DNA of 63,967 nt, counting the filler, from Octopus bimaculoides (Eukaryota), in assembly GCF_001194135.2 (NCBI RefSeq). It is 9 parts of 8 records of this genome, joined end to end, with 100 filler letters (N's around TTAATTAATTAA, not from the genome) between each part and the next. Parts side by side here need not be neighbours in the genome. Positions count along the whole stretch, not along the records: positions 1 to 28,026 come from NC_068986.1; 8 more parts are not named here. One strand, given 5' to 3'. The translations under genes and the position numbers were made by a program. The notes under the pieces were generated by a model, which was given only the letters and a program-made list of their open reading frames with translations, did not search any database and was not told where the DNA came from. Shown here in pieces: positions 14,309 through 27,341 of this stretch. Each line of letters starts with the position of its first letter. Position 1 is the stretch's first letter.

Positions 14309-14961
14309 CTAAAGGTGAAATAAAAAGCAAAAATTAAGAAGTAGCCAAAATAATTAGCGCAAGGTTTTCTATCAGACTCATTAGTACTTCTGCCTATTCA
14401 TCACCATTTCTCGCAGACTCACACACGCACGTATACACACACACATAGATATACATTTGGTACCCGTGACGTCGCAACTAATTTCTACAGCTTAATGAAC
14501 TGTAGCAACGTGAAAGTGTTTTGCTCAAGATTAGAACACACGGCCCGGTCTGGGAATTGAACTCACTACCTCATGAGTGTGTGTCCGACGCTCTAAACAC
14601 TGAGCCATACGCCTTAACACACACACTACTCAAGACTATAGTAGAAGGCATTCCAAAAACAGTAGAACTGAAACAAGAACCACATGATTGCCAATTCCTC
14701 ATATTAACCCCATAGTCATGTTTACGTGCAATGTAGTTCTGATAATTATAACTTAGTCATAATCTTATGATGCATAAAACACTCAGTAAACAGATTTACA
14801 GTTAAAACGACCAGAATTGTATTCAGTAGATAAACAAAGAGAGAAATCAATACTTCCACAAATATGCATTGAAAGAAAATTAATCCGTTTGTATAATGTA
14901 TATTGTTAGATAAATCAATAAAAGAAAGAAGGGCCATATTCACTACCTTTCTGCACAATCT

Positions 14962-15029
14962 CATACACTGATGAAGAGAACGTAGGGACCGTTAACATCT
15001 TCAGATAGGGCTCGAGACCTCTATGTATG
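14962..15029 (+). ncRNA. decayed type I hammerhead ribozyme motif
   Basis: CATACA-CTGATGA-A-GAG...CTC-GAGA-CCTC-TA-TGTATG. Stem I is a perfect 6 bp, but GAAA reads GAGA and stem III is degenerate. Confidence 0.45.
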
Positions 15030-16121
15030 CTTGCACCTCTATGCCTCTTCCGAAAGGCACAGAGAAACTAATCTTGGCGTTAAACTAAGAAATAGATTGA
15101 GTATAACACCATAATGTAGACATAAATCATGGACCAATAACTGCTTTCTCGACTTGCAAGAAATAACAATCAAATTTACCTCAAACCACACGATATCGTC
15201 TTCGAAATGAAACGACATAGACATTGTCTTAAGAGATATACACAATGACAGATAATAACGACTGGAATATTTTTGAGGATAGGCCTTGTCGATCATACAG
15301 ATATAGTGCATTTGATGGTACAGACTGGAATAGAACTGGCAAAACTATTCTATACTATTTCCTTTTAAAGCAGCAAAATTGAAATATTCACAAGAATAAC
15401 TTGTTGTTTGAGTAACATATTCAACGTCTTTTTTTTTTTTCATTCATTTTTGTTTTTGGAAAAATTTATATCACGATAAGGCTGATATCTCAAATACTGT
15501 ATTAATGTTTAAACAATAAAAGCGGGGTGGGGAGATAGGTAACCCATTATTATTATTATAAAATTTAAATGAATAAAACTACTATTGAATATTTGTACCG
15601 CAAAAGTAATGTGGTAAAAAATGGAAATTAAGTTTATTTTTATAATGATAATCAATTCTTCCTTCGATACTACGATATCCACATCCGCAATCTAAAATAA
15701 TTAAGTATTAAATATGCAAAACGTTAATTGGAGAACAGCTCATACTTTATCACATTATATCGATTGTGTAACATGTAATTGCCTTCTAGTTTCCTTCGAG
15801 CAAATATCATTTTCTGTAAATTCGATGCTTGTTAAACACAACGTAAACTGTCTGAACGATTTATGAATTGAAATTTGTCAAGAATTTATCTCAATATTTA
15901 TGGCCTATATCTAAATTTTATACTCAGCATTTATACACAATAATTGGCATATTCATCACGAAACACTTAATCAAAGTTAATTGGATCTCGTTTTGAAAAG
16001 CAAAATGTATGGATATGTACTTAAAGACCGGAATGGTGTAGAGAAGATTCCAAGCGGAAGCCTATTAAAGTACAATAGCAACTATGTGAATACAATTACA
16101 GCATTGCATATGTATTTGTAG

Positions 16122-16223
16122 GATTGTGTTAATTCGAGGCTGAAATTAGAGGAAGATTTACATCCCATCTCTAGCAGGGTACCTACAAAACAACGCATAG
16201 GGTTGTCCATTGGCTCATGTGTT
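16122..16223 (+). CDS. candidate internal exon
   Basis: Acceptor tatgtatttgtag, donor GTT|GTAAGC. 102 nt, phase 0 to 0: DCVNSRLKLEEDLHPISSRVPTKQRIGLSIGSCV. Confidence 0.35.
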
Positions 16224-17830
16224 GTAAGCTGGTTAGTTGTTGGTGTATATGATATTCATTTTTAGTGTTTCTATCATTATAGATGTTGCTATTGCCATCT
16301 AACCTCACAAATACTATAACAAGATACGACACGATATTTCTGTTTTGCATTGATATTTACAAGAAGTCTATTTTTAATTAATCATATCAGAACAACTTGT
16401 TAACCAACTCACTAATATTTTAAATAAAAGAAATCGTGTGTTTAATTACACCCTCCCTCACCTCATTTTGAATGTAAATCTCTGAAACACGTACATAATA
16501 TAATCGAACCACATTTATCAATCACATTAGCATCGACATTGTTTTCCTTTTGACTTTGTTGTTTTCTGTCCTATTTACCAATTGCGACTTTCGTTTTGTA
16601 AATCATTGTTGCCAGTTATATGTTAGGCGTGAAGTGATTACAAGTTTACCATGTATAATAAATCAATGTATAATAAATAACTTTACATTGTATAATAAAT
16701 CAGACTCTGCTGTTTTAAAATGTCGAGACACATTGGATACTCGGAAGATACGTATGCTTTTCATCAAAGGCTTGTTCAATAAAGGGTGGTTTTTGGGACC
16801 TCTACAACAAGTACAATCCCAGTTCTATTTCTACAATGTAATTAATCCTATTAGCAAACTTAAGTGATATGTCAAACAACTATAGGTAGTACCTCAATCG
16901 CTTTTAAATTGCACGGCAACCTCTTGAAAATATTAAGAAAATGATGGATAACTTAATAATATATTGTTGTACGTACTATATAAATGTTTGGCCAATATTG
17001 TATTTATAGACAGATGTAAATGACATTAACTTTATAAATATCTTCGATTATGTTTGTCTATGCATACCGGAGACTAAAAGTCTACAGAAATATTGTATAA
17101 TACAGTATAGTATCTAAACAAACAATTGTTAACAAACAATTGTTAACAAACAAGCGTTATATTAGGTAAATGTTCGACAGACACACTAAAGAGATAAGAA
17201 TGGCAAAGAATAGCTGTTTCATAGATCCATTGGAAATATGTCGGCCTCATAAGAAAAGTGCATTAATATGTGCTCGATTTTGAATTCGCATTTACGATTC
17301 AAGAGAGAAAATCGGCAACCATTCATTCAAAAATCACACTTTATTAATTGGTGGACACATTTAAAGCTTAGATAAACGCATATTTAGTATGGTATTGACC
17401 TTTACAGAAATTTCTTGTAATAAGTTATCTATGCAAATGAAAATTATTGATTTCTAACAAGACTTACTACAACCATAAACTTTGTGAAAAGGATATTTTG
17501 TTTTATCGGTCTCAGGGGATAAAAGTCGACCTTGAGAAAATTTGAACACAGAAGTTGAAGAAGCGCAATAAATACCGTCAGTTCACGTCTCAAATGTTCT
17601 TACGATTTTGTCGACTCACTCAGAAATACTAAGCGTATATCATTATCCTTTTTTTAATCTAAGTAATTGAATTGATATGACCCAGCCCGGTAAACTGTCC
17701 CTAGCTACTCGACCTACAAAATATAACACCGAAATCTATCTCCAATCACATCATACCTTCTTTCCAATAAAAATGCAGTCATTTTTACTGGCTTAATCAT
17801 TTTAATTAACGAAATCTTTGAGTTACGATA

Positions 17831-17875
<45 letters not shown>

Positions 17876-17908
17876 AGACATACTTCTATCAAATATTCTA
17901 TACCCAAG

Positions 17909-17957
17909 AAGGAACATAATAACACCGAAAAGTTATCTTCATTGCAATGGAAAAGAG
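17909..17957 (+). CDS. candidate exon
   Basis: Weak acceptor tacccaag, donor AGAG|GTAGGC. Phase 0 to 1: KEHNNTEKLSSLQWKR. Confidence 0.2.
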
Positions 17958-18150
17958 GTAGGCTTATACTGTTAGATAACTGTGTTCCAGAAGAGAGTTT
18001 TAGTCAACCATATCGACTTTATTTTCACTGCGTGTATGCTGAAGCGCCGACTATATGAGATTTAATTTGATCTTTGGTAAATATATTTTATCAATCATCA
18101 AATGATGATGATGACTAAAAACCACCGATTGTTTTCTGTTTGTTATACAG

Positions 18151-18221
18151 TGATGGTTAGAATGTATGAGGCAACATATGCTTTGAGCAGAGATCTGCAT
18201 AGGCTGTCCAACTTCATTTAA
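18151..18221 (+). CDS. candidate terminal exon
   Basis: Strong acceptor ttgttttctgtttgttatacag. Only phase 1 is open: (V)MVRMYEATYALSRDLHRLSNFI*. Confidence 0.25.
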
Positions 18222-20105
18222 TGGCATTGGTGGAAGACATTTGAAATACTGAGGAAAGGAAACTGAAAGGACCTTTACAATTTCAAAACATTATATTTGC
18301 ATTTCGTTCGTCACCAAATGCTTCATTCTTAGATATATCCACAGTAATGAACTTGATTCAATCTAGGAAACTTTATTTTGAAAGAGAATTAATAAGGCTC
18401 TTATAAAGTAGGCCATGTTTACAGTTTGAGTTATTTCAATCTGTGATTACAAAAAGGCAGTCATTTTAAGCTGTCGAACACTTTAGATTTTCAGTAAGTG
18501 CTACTACCTCTGCTGCTACTTTGATGTTTCTAGTTTTTACTCTACTCCCATATCAATTATAAGTATTTCGAACCACTGTGCTATATGTTATATTTATTGC
18601 AGCATATACAGTGATCATAGCTACATTCAGAATTTTCGAAATTATTTTGTTCTGAAATTTATGGAGCACTTTATTTCTCTTCATGCATGCTGGTTCTTCC
18701 ATTACGCATGAGTGCTATAGATGCATTTATTATATATATTCTGCCATTCTTGTAGTCAACGATAACAAGTCAGTTTGCAAATTCCACACCAATGTTAAAC
18801 CAAAGAACGACTGAAAATTCAACCAGTAATCGAAGTGTATGCATCAGTTAAAAGAGTTGGTTTAGTAAACACTAAACGTAAATAATCTAAAATATAGCAT
18901 CAAATTTGTATGAACCACTGGCATAGTGTATAAAAAGTGCATATCTTTAGAGTACAAATAAACTTTTCTAGTTAGAAAGCGATTCTATGTATATGTCCAT
19001 ATATAAGTCACTTAAAAGAGATTCGACATCAAAATGATCGAAGCGTTATATAGATGTAAATACTAAAATCTTTCGTATCTCTAAGGTTAACGTTCATAGG
19101 GTTATTACAGCGGAAACTTCTAACAGTATTAACAAAAGACCTTACCTTTGATATACAAGCACACATAGTTGGACGTGGAATTAATAAATGTATATGGTTA
19201 CTTCAATTTCAGTGATCAACAGAAGAAATCACAGAAACATAAAGAAAAACAAGCCTCAACATCAATCTCTGTGAAATTCTAGCACATCTTTTTTTATCGA
19301 GATATTCCCCATTTTCTTTGCTATTTTTTAATATTTTTTTCATGGAATTGTGCCATTGGTCTAATAAATTCATCTTCAAATTTTGAATTTGCTTTGCAAA
19401 AATTTTAATCTGAAACCGTACGTTGAACAATTATTGATTATAGGTTATCAAAATATAGCAATATCTCATGAATTTGTAATAAGTTCTAGAGCACTTTCCA
19501 TGAAACTGTCTTCGATTATACACATTACGATACACCTATCTCATTTCAGCTGTCTTCAAAGAGCATGCTGCGATAAAATATTGTCATACAAAGACAAATT
19601 CTCTCTAAATATTGTGCCAGTATGACCGACGGAAAATATATTAAAGACTAAACACGCAAAACCACTTCCTTCAGAATGAAGACTGCTGAAAATTCACATC
19701 AATGACTAATACACGCGCAGGTTTAATAACGAACAAAAAAAAATCAATATTATAATAAGCCCGTCCGTGATTGAAAATGACACCACGATATATCAACTAC
19801 GCAAATAAATAACTGTCATCTATGCTTTCCGAAGAAATTTAACATGTCACGATGATATTAGATCAAATGTAGGAAATGGCTTGAAATTGTCGATATATCG
19901 ATAGGTAACATTTGTGAAATTTCAGTGTACTCATTCAGGAAAACCATTTTTCAGAAACAGTTTATATAAATATTTTTAAAAGACTAGCGTATTTGTTGCC
20001 AAGTACATGTGCATACCATTGTCATATTTTTAATTTCTTTTATACTTAAATTATTATGAGGGGTAAAGACGAAGCTAGATGGAAGTGATTCGCTCCCTTA
20101 CTCAC

Positions 20106-20156
20106 AATACATTGCACACAGGTTGTGTGCCATTGGCCAGCTGGAAAAGACGTTTT
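20106..20156 (-). CDS. candidate 51-nt symmetric exon
   Basis: Acceptor ttttaacctctag, donor ATT|GTGAGT. All three frames are open; phase 1 gives (E)NVFSSWPMAHNLCAMY. Confidence 0.35.
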
Positions 20157-20358
20157 CTAGAGGTTAAAATGTAGTAACATAGTTCTATATAGAACAGCCA
20201 AGTTAGAGTGGCAAACAAGAAGTTACCATCTAGTATTGTTACTACTTATATCTCGTTTAAAGATTTTAGAACAGGCTACTTTGCTCGTATGTATAAGTAT
20301 GTGTGTGTATGTATGTATGTTTGCATACTAATATATACTTTTGTTATTNNNNNNNNNN

Positions 20359-20400
<42 letters not shown>

Positions 20401-20423
20401 CCACACTCACACACACACTTACA

Positions 20424-21119
20424 CACAGAGTTTGCGATGGATAAATTGTCGGTATTATATAATTTTTTTTATTTCCTGCATGCACATTGTTTGTTTTTGA
20501 TTTTGTCATCTACACAGTATAGCAGGGTCAGTTGGGCACTTTTGTCAGAGAAAAAAAAACAGCAAAATGACACAATTCACTCTGCCAGAAATATGGAAAC
20601 TACATGCTGTACTGCTAGACAATCGTGGCAGAAGCTCCAGTACGAACAGATTGTAAACACAGAAAAACGATTGGCTTGCCATGCCTCCAAAACATATACT
20701 GAAAGTGATAAAAATGAAACATCTAGTCAACAGCATGTGTTTGGAGTTATCACTAGTAATGGCGACATTATGCCTCCATTCATCTGCCCACACAGCCTCA
20801 GACTCAACACGGAGAGCTTCATCAAGTGCCTGGAGGAAGTAGTGCTGCCCTGGGTCAAGAGTGTGGCTGCTGGAGGTCCCTATGAATAGGACTCTGAACC
20901 ATGCCACACAAGCAGGAGAACTCAGTCATGGTTGTGAGGCAATTTCAGCGACCACATCACCCCTAACACCTGGTCACTTAACTCCCCAGACTGCAACCTC
21001 TTGGTTATTATTTCTGGGGTGCAGGTGAGCCGGAGGCCAAGATAACTGGTTGTAACACCAAAGACGAACTGAAAGCAAGGATTATGGCAGCATTCACCAG
21101 CTTTAACAAGGAGATTGTC
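20424..21119 (+). mobile_element. Tc1/mariner element, maT (DD37D)-type, internally deleted pseudogene
   Basis: VFGVITSNGDIMPP...EVVLPWV...DSEPCHTSRRTQSWL*...WSLNSPDCNLL(D)YY...NTKDELKARI. 37 residues separate the second and third D positions. It has stops and a frameshift, and is cut by an N-gap. Confidence 0.85.
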
Positions 21120-21599
21120 NNNNNNNNNNNNNNNNNNNNNNNNNNNNNNNNNNNNNNNNNNNNNNNNNNNNNNNNNNNNNNNNNNNNNNNNNNNNNNNNN
21201 NNNNNNNNNNNNNNNNNNNNNNNNNNNNNNNNNNNNNNNNNNNNNNNNNNNNNNNNNNNNNNNNNNNNNNNNNNNNNNNNNNNNNNNNNNNNNNNNNNNN
21301 NNNNNNNNNNNNNNNNNNNNNNNNNNNNNNNNNNNNNNNNNNNNNNNNNNNNNNNNNNNNNNNNNNNNNNNNNNNNNNNNNNNNNNNNNNNNNNNNNNNN
21401 NNNNNNNNNNNNNNNNNNNNNNNNNNNNNNNNNNNNNNNNNNNNNNNNNNNNNNNNNNNNNNNNNNNNNNNNNNNNNNNNNNNNNNNNNNNTATATATAC
21501 AGATATATATATATATATATATACATGTATGTGTGTGTGTGTATATGTATGTATATGTATGTATGTTCACGTATGAATGCATGTATGTGTATATGAGTG

Positions 21600-23530
21600 T
21601 GTATGTCGCATTCTGTGTCCTTTAGTATTTTCTGTAACTAGGTGTATTATGCCTGAGAGACGTGCAACTACAGTTGCTGGACTTCCATCATGCTGTTCAA
21701 CCTGGGTCTTATACATAAAGGCACTTGAAAATGTTTTGCTCCCATTCATAGCAGAATGAAGCTTCTTACGTATTTCATTCTCTTCAACGAGCTTTAGGAT
21801 CTAGTCGTTAGCGGTTTCAAGATACTTTGCCAGTCTAATTGTGGTGTTTCTGTAACAGATTTCAAATTGAACTAAGCCTCGCGCTCCTTGAACTCTACAT
21901 CTGCAATTGGGTGGTGCATCTTATTGCAAATCAGCAGCTTACTGATTTTCCTGTCAATATTCTTTATTTCAACACATTGAAACAGTCACTAACAACGGGA
22001 ACTCATAAGGAATTTATATTTAACACCTTGTTACGTGCATTTGACTCGAATTTAAGACTACTCGAACTCTCCTGTAACATTCCCGACTGATCTCTTTCAT
22101 GCTTTCATGCTGAATATCAAAGTTCTCATTTATTCCGAGGTACTTGTATGTTTGTTCCTGCTTGAGTGCTTTTATGACCACCACCGTGGTGGTGGTGGTG
22201 TGTCTTCAACTGTTATTTTCTCCTTCCCTATTTCTCTTTGGAATGTTTTCGCATTGGATATGAACAGCTTATTTTGCTTGTAAAACTTGTTTCTCTTCTC
22301 AAATTTTCTTATTCTCTGAGCTTTTGCTTGAACTCTTTGTTGCAGTGTTTCTTTGGCTGAAAGCATTTCTTCTGATGAGAATCTGTTTTCTCTTCATCTT
22401 TCTTCCATTTCTGATTTTTACATCGTTTCCATAGATTAATTCATTCAATATTAATATTTAACCTCTCATTATTTCAATCGCTTCTTCAGTTTTACATTTC
22501 CAATTTAGAATTCATCTCAGATTTGTATTTTTTTTTTTTGTTTTTCCAGAGACATACAATTGTCTTAGCAGCTGCTTAAATAGTTTCGTTTAATTCAGTG
22601 AGATCTAGTTTTAGTTCTTGTTTCATATTTTTTGTTACATAGTTTCAAATTTTAATTTTTCTACTGTTTTATTGCATTCGAGAGTTTGTGAAGTTGTTCT
22701 CTATTGTGTACATTTCCGTGTCTAACAACTGCAAGCTTATTCAGGAGTTTCTTCAATTTCTATCTTAAACTCTCTATGATCGTCAGTAAATGCGTAGTCT
22801 TCAAATATTTTTTCTTTACCATTGCCTCGCTATCGTTATCAGGTTCATTACAATTTATTTCTTCAGACGTTTGAGTGTTCTGATCAGATGGCAGTCTTTG
22901 AACTGAGACTAGTGGAGAGTTGCTCTCTTCGTCTCGTTCTCAATTTTCTTTCTGCCTTATATTTAGGCCATTTTCGCTTCGTGCTTGATCTTGCTTATTT
23001 CACAATCTGTGAGTCTTTTATTTCCAACTTGTTTTCGTCCAAATATAGTCTGCATAGTTATAGACGTATATTACTTCTTTATACTCTTTTCGAATCCATT
23101 TGATCATCTTAAATTTTTCTTTTGGTAGTGGGTGTGATGGTTGACTTGGAGGGCTCGATTTGGGGCAGTTCCCGTTCAAGTGACCATCTAGGCTCGTATT
23201 CAGAGAAGAGTTCGTGCTGGTCGATAAATTTTCGACCCCAAGCTGGCTCTCTCCTGAAGGACACCCTCCCTGATTAACCATAGGACAAGCGATTTGGTGT
23301 ACTGTTGTAGTTTTCCTTTTTGTTTCGTAAGGCATTTGTGCTATATTCTAATTATTAATATTGAGCTCTGTGTGACCGATGTAGGAGCGGTTGTTGTCTC
23401 TGCCACTGTGGTCAACTCTGCCATTAATACTTTTACAATAACCTTGCCATTATGGCATCGCTCATCGTCAGTTACTACCAATAGTGCTTTGATCTGTATC
23501 GTTGTGACTGCTCTTTGTGGCCATGGCGAC
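21600..23530 (-). mobile_element. R4/Dong-like (restriction-like endonuclease) LINE, decayed and internally deleted
   Basis: KWIRKEYKEV N-terminal motif; LQQRVQAKAQRIRKFEKR..QNKLF; then directly TYKYLGINE...RECYRRVR...MHHP thumb region. The RT core is absent. Confidence 0.8.
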
Positions 23531-24259
23531 GTGTAACCGTTATTTAGTTAAGTCTGTCCTCTTTGCTCCAGCTACTGTTTGGCATTATTAAATGTTGTTT
23601 TATTTCGACTTTGTCTTGTACTTGAGATAATCATAAATATGTGAGGGTTGGGGGGATAGTATGAGAAAAGTTAAGCAGGTTGGGGAATAGACCAACTTTC
23701 AGTGGTCTTTTAAACAGGTTCAGTAGATGGTGAGAAGGAGATCAACTTTGGGGCTTCGCATTCCTGTGCGATCAGGAGACAAAAAAGAAGCGTCACACCC
23801 TTGCGGTCAGCAGAGGTCAAATGTGTTTACTACTATTAGCGATCAATAAGAGAGCACCGATCTTTGCCCTGAAAGAAGCAATTCACCTTCTTCTGTTTTT
23901 AATTACTCATAGAAAAAATAATCATGTATATATNNNNNNNNNNNNNNNNNNNNNNNNNNNNNNNNNNNNNNNNNNNNNNNNNNNNNNNNNNNNNNNNNNN
24001 NNNNNNNNNNNNNNNNNNNNNNNNNNNNNNNNNNNNNNNNNNNNNNNNNNNNNNNNNNNNNNNNNNNNNNNNNNNNNNNNNNNNNNNNNNNNNNNNNNNN
24101 NNNNNNNNNNNNNNNNNNNNNNNNNNNNNNNNNNNNNNNNNNNNNNNNNNNNNNNNNNNNNNNNNNNNNNNNNNNNNNNNNNNNNNNNTATATATACTGA
24201 TGTTTACATCATTGAATTTTGAATTTTTGAATTTTTTAATTTTTTTTCTTTTTAGAGGT

Positions 24260-26048
24260 TTTACTGTGGTTTACAGTTTTCGTAATTGTGCTGTGTGTAT
24301 ATATTGGCAGATGTTAATCTCCTTAATTTTTATTGTGCGTTTAATTGTGTTGTTGCAATAAAAGGTATGTTTACATATTCCAAATGTCAGTGAGTAAAGA
24401 AGAGTAAAATTTTCACAGAAAGTTGTAGATATTAATGATTTTTAATTTTCCAAAGATGATCGTTTGTCTATCTGAACAGAGAAAACTGCAGTGTTCTTGC
24501 AATAAATAAGATGTTTACCGCTTGACTGAGCCATCTGACTTTTGAGAAATAAATAACGTCTTTATACTCACTGCCAACTTCTAAGATGTATGCTCTGAAT
24601 GTACGATGGTTCAAGCCCCGTGATCTGATGAAATTAACAACGTTCACAATAACTGTCATCAACTGTTTCACATTTCATTTTTGAGCACATAATTGCTGTT
24701 GATGAATCAAGCAATTATAGCGAAGTATATCATGATCAACCATTTCTTTGAATAAAGTAATTAACCCATTATTCTTACCAGTTAATGCAGGAGCACCATT
24801 AGTTGTAATCGAATTCATTTTATATCTGTCAGCATTGAACTTTTTTAATGATAAATTAACATGCTCAGTTATGTACCTGCCAGTTGTTGTACTCTTCATA
24901 TGACACACGTCCAACATTTTTTCAATGATATTAAAATTGAAGTCAATTCTTCTGATGAAAATAACCAATTGTGCAGTGTCACTTAGATCAGTATTTTCCT
25001 CCAAAGCTAAACTGTAATGAACACATTTAGATAATCGAGTCTACATGTACCCACAATACTGTCAGCTAAATCATCAAGTCTGTTGAGGTTTTCATTGGTC
25101 CGCTCAAAATAGCACACTCTGAGAATAATTGTATTATCATACATTATCAAAGTAAATGAAAATATAACTCGAAAATAACACAGGCTTGTTTCATTGAATA
25201 AGTTCACCTCCTCGGGACAATATTCATTAAAAACAATTACAATACATTCTTTTATTAATTCGCCATCTATCATTGGCTTACCCATCTGAGCCAAAGCTAT
25301 TAAATAATTAACTTTTGTACTTGTAGCAGTTTTCCCAACATGTATTTTTGAAATTGTTTTGTTGTGAACTAAGCTTCTACTTCTTCAATTCATCTATTTT
25401 CATTTTCATTCTTTCTTCGTTTAATTCATTATATTGTGATTCATGTTTGAAAGCAGATAATATTATTACATATTTCAATTACGAAACATTTTTTCTGCCC
25501 ATATGATATTGCATTTTCTCTTTTCTTCTGTTATTTTTCTTTTCTTAGTATCAGATGCCATGACCAAATGATGGGCTATGAAAATTCACAATTAAAATCA
25601 TAACGTAATCATGCTGATAATATTCCAGAAAGCAGAAACGAATAAAGAATAAATAGGCTCTTCCGCATAAAGCATTAGCATTAGGCTTAGCCAAGACTAG
25701 AAACACTGAAGTACCAATCACTTAGCATTGCAAACAAGGTTAGGGAATAACACAATCAATATTGATCCGATCGCAAAAGATTTGAAACTGAAACAATGGC
25801 TGTTAATCATGCATCATCAGAATGGCTGAATCTACATCGTAGAGTAATCCATTCTACATCATAAACTCCATGGCCTCCCTCATTTTACTTCCCTCTGTTG
25901 AGGTTTTCATTGGTCCGTTCAAAATAGTCCTCCTTGAGAATAATTTTATTATCATATATTATCAAAGTAAATTAATATACAACCAGAAAATAATACAGCG
26001 GACAGCATGAAAATATTAAGCGGACCGCCGGTTAGATGGACATCATTG
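24260..26048 (-). mobile_element. hAT (SPIN/Charlie/GTF2IRD2-like) transposon remnant
   Basis: EENTDLSDTAQLVIFIR...TTTG...TNGAPALTGKNNG...CLIHQQQLC...VNFIRSRGLNHRTF...VRWLS. Terminus-like caatgatgtccatctaacc near 26048. Confidence 0.85.
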
Positions 26049-26287
26049 GGGTAGAACAATTGGCCTCATGAATACTTTAGTTCTTGAACTGAATTTCTTA
26101 ATCAGCGAAATAGTATAGTATTTTGTTCTGAAATAACATAAACGTTTCTTCCGAATCTCTGACCTCCCAGATCGAATCCCGTCAAGCCCAAATATGCTTT
26201 TCATCTTGCAGGTTCGATAAAAAATATGCCAATCCTGGTTTTTGGACTGGCAAACTGTATTAACGTCAGATGTGATATACATGCCAC

Positions 26288-26534
26288 ATTCCAGAGCCTC
26301 GTTTTCATTCCAGAGGCTCGTTTTTAATCCAGAGCCTCGTTTTCAATCCAGAGCCTCGTTTTCAATCCAGAGCCTCGTTTTCAATCCAAAGACTCGTTTT
26401 CATTCCCGAGCCTCGTTTTCAATCCAGAGCCTCGTTTTCATTCCAGAGCCTCGTTCCCATTCCAGAGCCTCGTTTTCAACCCAGAGCCTCGTTTTCATTC
26501 CAGAGCCTCGTTTTCAATCCAGAGCCTCGGTTTC
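26288..26534 (+). repeat. 19-bp minisatellite, 13 copies (A[T/A]TCCAGAGCCTCGTTTTC)
   Basis: Counted directly. Confidence 0.95.
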
Positions 26535-26810
26535 GATTCCACAAGGCTCCGACAGGGGATGGTGGCGAACCCTGCTGTACTCTTTCACCACAACTTTCTC
26601 TCACTCTTACTTCCTGTTTCTGTTGTGCCTGTATTTCAAAGGGTCAGCCTTGTCACACTGTGTCACGCTGAATAACCCCGAGAACTACGTTAAAGGTACA
26701 CGTGTCTGTGGAGTGCTCAGTCACTTGCACGTTAATTTCCCGAGCAGGCTGTTCCGTTGATTGGATCAACTGGAACCCTCGACGTCGTAAGCGGCGGAGT
26801 GCCGCCAACA
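26535..26810 (+). mobile_element. family-A SINE lacking its tRNA head
   Basis: Matches 10255-10529. Confidence 0.9.
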
Positions 26811-26835
26811 AATTTATATATAGGGTTTTAATAAT

Positions 26836-26972
26836 AACAAGAGCACTCAGAGAGCGCAAACCTCCGCCAAGGCAACACCAACGTCCTCTCAACGATTAGC
26901 CAGAGATGATTTTTAAAATGCGAATATCTGTATATTAACTCGACTACTATCACAAACGAAAATACTAAAAAT
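26836..26972 (+). mobile_element. 5' part of a Helentron-type non-autonomous element (HINE/DINE-1-like)
   Basis: aacaagagcactcagagagcgcaaacctccgccaaggc matches 56384 onward. Cut by a gap. Confidence 0.65.
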
Positions 26973-27293
26973 NNNNNNNNNNNNNNNNNNNNNNNNNNNN
27001 NNNNNNNNNNNNNNNNNNNNNNNNNNNNNNNNNNNNNNNNNNNNNNNNNNNNNNNNNNNNNNNNNNNNNNNNNNNNNNNNNNNNNNNNNNNNNNNNNNNN
27101 NNNNNNNNNNNNNNNNNNNNNNNNNNNNNNNNNNNNNNNNNNNNNNNNNNNNNNNNNNNNNNNNNNNNNNNNNNNNNNNNNNNNNNNNNNNNNNNNNNNN
27201 NNNNNNNNNNNNNNNNNNNNNNNNNNNNNNNNNNNNNNNNNNNNNNNNNNNNNNNNNNNNNNNNNNNNNNNNNNNNNNNNNNNNNNNNNNNNN

Positions 27294-27341
<48 letters not shown>

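Noticed and set aside
19214-19283. Plus-strand terminal exon DQQKKSQKHKEKQASTSISVKF*
   Set aside because: The purine-rich stretch doubles as a minus-strand polypyrimidine tract, so neither reading can be preferred without transcripts.
23700-23830. HDV-like ribozyme in the R4 LINE 5' region (minus strand)
   Set aside because: Hairpins and a GCGAA are present, but I could not build the nested P1/P1.1/P2/P3 double pseudoknot.
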